This document shows positions 58,489 to 64,000 of a stretch of 64,000 bases of DNA, piece by piece (the stretch's first letter is position 1; the number at the start of each line of letters is the position of its first letter). The position numbers and the translations under genes are program-made. Under the pieces are notes generated by a model. That model did no database searches and was not told where the DNA came from. It saw only the letters and a list, made by a program, of their open reading frames with translations. The DNA lies in assembly GCA_032718475.1 (NCBI GenBank), contig JAUCBJ010007821.1:1-64000 (forward strand), read 5' to 3'. The DNA is from Nemertoderma westbladi (taxonomy: Eukaryota; Animalia; Xenacoelomorpha).

Positions 58489-61400
58489 ACGGTGGGAGGG
58501 ACATTGGTTTTGATGATGGGGCTTGTCTCGGTGGGAGGGACATTGGTTTTGGGGATGGGGCTGGTCTCGGTGGGAGGGACCGAGGTTTTGGGGATAGGGC
58601 TGGTCTCGGTGGGAGGGACATTGTTTTTGGGGATAGGGCTGGTCTCGGTGGGAGGCACATTGGTTTTGGGGATAGGGCTCTGGTCTCGGTGGGAGGGTCA
58701 TTGGTTTTGGGGATGGGGTTGGTCTCGGTGGAAGGGTCATTGGTTTTGGGGATAGGGCTGGTCTCGGTGGGAGGGACATTGGTTTTGGGGATAGGGCTGG
58801 TCTCGGTGGGAGGCACATTGGTTTTGGTGATGGGGCTGGTCTCGGTGGGAGGGTCATTGGTTTTGGGGATGGGGCTTGTCTCGGTGGGAGGGTCATTGGT
58901 TTTGGTGATGGGGCTTGTCTCGGTGGGAGGGTCATTGGTTTTGGTGATGGGGCTTGTCTCGGTGGGAGGTTCATTGGTTTTGGGGATGGGGCTGGTCTCG
59001 GTGGGTGGAACATTGGTTTTGGGGATGGGGCTGGTCTCGGTGGGAGGGTCATTGGTTTTGGGGATAGGGCTCTGGTCTCGGTGGGAGGGACATTGGTTTT
59101 GGGGATGGGGCTGGTCTCGGTGGGAAGGTCATTGGTTTTGGGGATAGGGCTGGTCTCGGTGGGTGGGACATTGGTTTTGGGGATGGGGCTGGTCTCGGTG
59201 GGTGGGACATTGGTTTTGGGGATGGGGCTGGTCTTGGTGGGAGGGGCATTGGTGGTTTTGGGGATGGGGCTGGTCTCGGTGGGAGGGACAATGGTTTTGG
59301 GGATAGGGCTGGTCTCGGTGGGAGGGGCATTGGTTTTGGGGATGGGGCTGGTTCTCGGTGGGAGGGACATTGGGTTTGGGGATGGTCTAGGTGGGTGGGA
59401 CATTGGTTTTGGTGATGGGGCTTGTCTCGGTGGGAGGTTCATTGGTTTTGGGGATGGGGCTGGTCTCGGTGGGTGGGACATTGTTTTTGGGGATTGGGCT
59501 GGTCTCGGTGGGAGGGACATTGGTTTTAGGGATGGAGCTGGTCTCGGTGGGAGGGACATTTGGTTTTGGGGATGAGGTTGGTCTCGGTGGGAGGGACATT
59601 GGTTTTGGGGATGGGGCTTGTCTCGGTGGGAGGGTCATTGGCTTTGGGGATGGGGCTGGTCTCGGTGGGTGGGACATTGGTTTTGGGGATGGGGCTGTTC
59701 TCGGTGGGATGGACATTGGTTTTGGGGATGGAGCTGGCCTAGGTTGGTGGAACATTAATTTTGGGGATGGGGCTGGTCTCGGTGGGAAGGACATTGGTTT
59801 TGGGGATGGGTCTGGTCGCGGTGAGAGGGACATTGGTTTTGGGGATGGGTCTGGTCGCGGTGAGAGGGACATTGGTTTGGGGGATGGGTCTGGTCGCGGT
59901 GAGAAGGACATTGGTTTGGGGGATGGGTCTGGTCTCGGTGGGTGGGTCATTGGTTTTGGGGATGGCGCCGGTCTCGGTGGGTGGGACATTGGTTTTGGGG
60001 ATGGGGCTGGTCTCGGTGGGAGGGACATTGGTGGTTTTGGAAATGGGGCTGGTCTCGGTGGGCGGGACATTGGTTTTGGGAATGGGGCTTGTTCTCGGTG
60101 GGAGGGACATTGGTTTTGGGGATGGGGCTGGTCTCGGTGGGAGGGTCATTGGTTTTGGGGATGGGACTGGTCTCGGTGGGAGGGACATTGGGTTTGGGGT
60201 TGGTCTAGGTGGGTGGGACATTGGTTTTGGTGATGGGGCTTGTCTCGGTGGGAGGTTCATTGGTTTTGGGGATGGGGCTGGTCTCGGTGGGTGGGACATT
60301 GGTTTTGGGGATGGGGCTGGTCTCGGTGGGAGGGACATTGGTTTTGGGGATGGGGCTGGTCTCGGTGGGAGGGACATTGGTTTTGGGGATGGGACTGGCC
60401 TAGGTGGGTGGGACATTGGTTTTGGTGATGGTGCTTGTCTCGGTGGGAGGGTCATTGGTTTTGGGAATGGGACTGGCCTGGGTGGGTGGGACATTGGTTT
60501 TGGTGATGGGGCTTGTCTCGGTGGGAGGATCATTGGTTTTGGGAATGGGGCTGGTCTCGGTGGGTGGGACATTGGTTTTGGGGATGGGGCTGGTCTCGGT
60601 GGGTGGGACATTGTTTTTGGGGATTGGGCTGGTCTCGGTGGGAGGGACATTGGTTTTAGGGATGGAGCTGGTCTCGGTGGGAGGGACATTTGGTTTTGGG
60701 GATGAGGTTGGTCTCGGTGGGAGGGACATTGGTTTTGGGGATGGGGCTTGTCTCGGTGGGAGGGTCATTGGCTTTGGGGATGGGGCTGGTCTCGGTGGGT
60801 GGGACATTGGTTTTGGGGATGGGGCTGTTCTCGGTGGGATGGACATTGGTTTTGGGGATGGAGCTGGCCTAGGTTGGTGGAACATTAATTTTGGGGATGG
60901 GGCTGGTCTCGGTGGGAAGGACATTGGTTTTGGGGATGGGTCTGGTCGCGGTGAGAGGGACATTGGTTTTGGGGATGGGTCTGGTCGCGGTGAGAGGGAC
61001 ATTGGTTTGGGGGATGGGTCTGGTCGCGGTGAGAAGGACATTGGTTTGGGGGATGGGTCTGGTCTCGGTGGGTGGGTCATTGGTTTTGGGGATGGCGCCG
61101 GTCTCGGTGGGTGGGACATTGGTTTTGGGGATGGGGCTGGTCTCGGTGGGAGGGACATTGGTGGTTTTGGAAATGGGGCTGGTCTCGGTGGGCGGGACAT
61201 TGGTTTTGGGAATGGGGCTTGTTCTCGGTGGGAGGGACATTGGTTTTGGGGATGGGGCTGGTCTCGGTGGGAGGGTCATTGGTTTTGGGGATGGGACTGG
61301 TCTCGGTGGGAGGGACATTGGGTTTGGGGTTGGTCTAGGTGGGTGGGACATTGGTTTTGGTGATGGGGCTTGTCTCGGTGGGAGGTTCATTGGTTTTGGG

Positions 61401-62465
61401 GATGGGGCTGGTCTCGGTGGGTGGGACATTGGTTTTGGGGATGGGGCTGGTCTCGGTGGGAGGGACATTGGTTTTGGGGATGGGGCTGGTCTCGGTGGGA
61501 GGGACATTGGTTTTGGGGATGGGACTGGCCTAGGTGGGTGGGACATTGGTTTTGGTGATGGTGCTTGTCTCGGTGGGAGGGTCATTGGTTTTGGGAATGG
61601 GACTGGCCTGGGTGGGTGGGACATTGGTTTTGGTGATGGGGCTTGTCTCGGTGGGAGGATCATTGGTTTTGGGAATGGGGCTGGTCTCGGTGGGTGGGAC
61701 ATTGGTTTTGGGGATGGGGCTGGTCTCGGTGGGAGGGACATTGGTTTTGGGGATGGGTCTGGTCGCGGTGAGAGGGACATTGGTTTTGGGAATGGGTCTG
61801 GTCGCGGTGAGAGGGACATTGGTTTTGGGGATGGGGCTGGTCTCGGTGGGAGGGACATTGGTTTTTTGGGGATGGGTCTGGTCGCGGTGAGAGGGACATT
61901 GGTTTTGGGGATGGGTCTGGTCGCGGTGAGAGGGACATTGGTTTTGGGGATGGGGCTGGTCTCGGTGGGAGGGACATTGGTTTTTTGGGGATGGGTCTGG
62001 TCGCGGTGAGAGGGACATTGGTTTTGGGGGTGGGTCTGGTCGCGGTGGGAGGTACATTGGTTTTGGGGATGGGGCTGGTCTCGGTGGGAGGGACATTGGT
62101 TTTGGGGGATGGGTCTGGTCGCGGTGGGAGGGACATTGGTTTTGGGGGTGGGGCTGGTCTCGGTGGGAGGGACATTGGTTTTTGGGGATGGGTCTGGTCT
62201 CGGTGGAGGGGCATTGGTTTTGGGGATGGGTCTGGTCTCGGTGGGAGGGACATTGGTTTTGGGGATGGGGCTGGTCTCGGTGGGAGGGACATTGGTTTTT
62301 TGGGGATGGGTCTGGTCGCGGTGAGAGGGACATTGGTTTTGGGGATGGGGCTGGTCTCGGTGGGAGGGACATTGGTTTTTTGGGGATGGGTCCGGTCGCG
62401 GTGAGGGGCATTGGTTTGGGGGATGGGTCTGGTCGCGGTGGGTGGGATATTCGTTTTGGGGATGG
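58489..62465. repeat. G-rich 39-bp satellite, about 100 copies
   Basis: Unit GGTCTCGGTGGGAGGGACATTGGTTTTGGGGATGGGGCT; higher-order block repeated at offset 1130. Confidence 0.95.
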
Positions 62466-63898
62466 GCTCGGATCGGATCGGGCATTTAATGCTCGGGTTC
62501 TTACCTTGGATCAATCCTCGCGGCCACGCGCTCCGACCCTTCGCGATTTCAGGTTCGGTGTTCATTTCATGTATGCCGTTACACAGACCTGAAGTTAAAT
62601 TTGGCGTATTTAATATGTATTTTGATCCACGGTAGTCTTCGGATATCTTGTGGGGCGAGCCACAAAGTCAGTAATAATTCGATTTAACAATTTTTTCTTT
62701 TGTAAAATTTATTATAATAAAAACGTCGATTAGTGCGACAAGCATATAGTACCGTATCGCTAAACACACATTTAGTGCGGTCCGACTGGGTTTAATGGAA
62801 TATTTGCATTGTTAATCGTTGCGTTTATTGTGAATATAATATTTAACCACCAACTACGAATTTAATTGTTATTAGAATTTAACGATTTTGGTTTTGAAAA
62901 AATTGTTGAGTTGGGGTTTAAAATTTGGACCCGATAGCAGATAGAATATTATAATATTATTTCCAAACAAGTTTCATTATTGGGTATTGTTTAACCAACG
63001 TTAATTAACTATATGCATCAAATAAAGATGTAAAATTATATAAAAATCACCTAAAGTTCGTTAATATAATCTGGACCCAGGATTGTAGCTAACAAACTTG
63101 TTGTTAATCAAAACTTAGTTTTTGGGGTAGGGCGACCTGAGTTTCGGTTATAATTAATTATATTAAATACAAACAGATCTAACAACTACGTCGCATTTAA
63201 GGCACAAACAATCCCAATGTAATAAAAATCTTACTAAAACGGCTATTTATTAATGTAAATATTTCACAGATACCAACCGATGGCGAGGGATAAAATAAAA
63301 CTAAACCAAACCATTGTTAATAAATGTATAAACATCGCTAAAACAAAATACTTATAGAAATTTAGTCACTTATATTTATAATAATAAGAGGTGGATATTA
63401 TTAATTTGTTATAAATTAAATTCCAATTCCCTTCCCTACCAGTGTTAGTCTTTACTTAATTAACCAGAACACAAACAAGACATTAAGTTGGTGTACATAA
63501 AGTCATTACTGAATTAATATAGTAGATGTTCTAGGTTGATTGATCATCACCTTGGGGATTGTGGGGCGAGCCACGCACTAAGTACACCGGCAACCCGGAT
63601 TCAACCGAGTTGTTTGTCTATCGGAGTGTCGGAAACGTTTGAAGGTTAATAACCTTAGTTGTCAGTTAATAGTCGGAAATAGAATTTGCGTGGGGGTATC
63701 AGCAGTTCTTCAGTCTACCGCTAGAGGGCGAGTGGTACCCGTATAAGCTGATTGCTTACTTCGTTCTGCGAGAATGCTTAATGTACTTCTACATGTTCCT
63801 GTATATTAATAATATCGCAACCATACTAAGTACAACAAAGCATATTAAATGTGACTTGTCGATTTCGTAACAAAAGTCAACCACAACAAACTAACTAT

Positions 63899-64000
63899 TA
63901 GTTAGTAACGTCCTGAGAGGCTGTTACTAACTATAGTAGTTAGTAACGTCCTGAGAGGCTGTTACTAACTATAGTAGTTAGTAACGTCCTGAGGGGCTGT
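63899..64000. repeat. 38-bp hairpin-forming tandem repeat, truncated by the window end
   Basis: TAGTTAGTAAC-GTCCTGAGAGGCT-GTTACTAACTA-TAG, period 38. Confidence 0.85.

Noticed and set aside
58390-62635. Proline-rich or mucin-like ORFs on both strands
   Set aside because: The 39-bp unit lacks stops in several frames, and frequent indels switch frames; no sign of coding constraint.

Overview
Eukaryotic (probably invertebrate animal) repeat-rich DNA, mostly nested transposable elements plus one host-type gene. (1) A 22.4-kb BEL/Pao LTR retrotransposon (1061-23445, TSD ACTTG) has an intact 2.8k-aa gag-pol ORF, 2.18-kb LTRs, a foldback DNA element in its 5' LTR and a 4.3-kb internal tandem duplication. 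It sits inside the gag of an older, opposite-strand BEL element. (2) A near full-length L2/CR1-type LINE is inserted in a 38-bp satellite next to a decayed LTR-element end. (3) A young non-autonomous BEL element (38982-50733, TSD ACCCA, 538-bp LTRs) is inserted in an RTE-type LINE. It has lost RT/RNase H/most of integrase but keeps an intact extra 847-aa ORF that reads as a DEDDy (WRN/Mut-7/EXD-like) 3'-5' exonuclease fused to three CCHC zinc knuckles; this is the most striking feature. (4) A compact Stealth-family GNPTAB-like gene is interrupted by a hAT-like MITE that could splice out in frame. (5) The rest is MITEs, a solo LTR, a probable minimal hammerhead ribozyme and a 4-kb G-rich 39-bp satellite. 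Both full BEL elements lack a TGG tRNA primer-binding site and instead have a post-LTR sequence complementary to a site within their own LTR. All calls were made by eye with no database searches.
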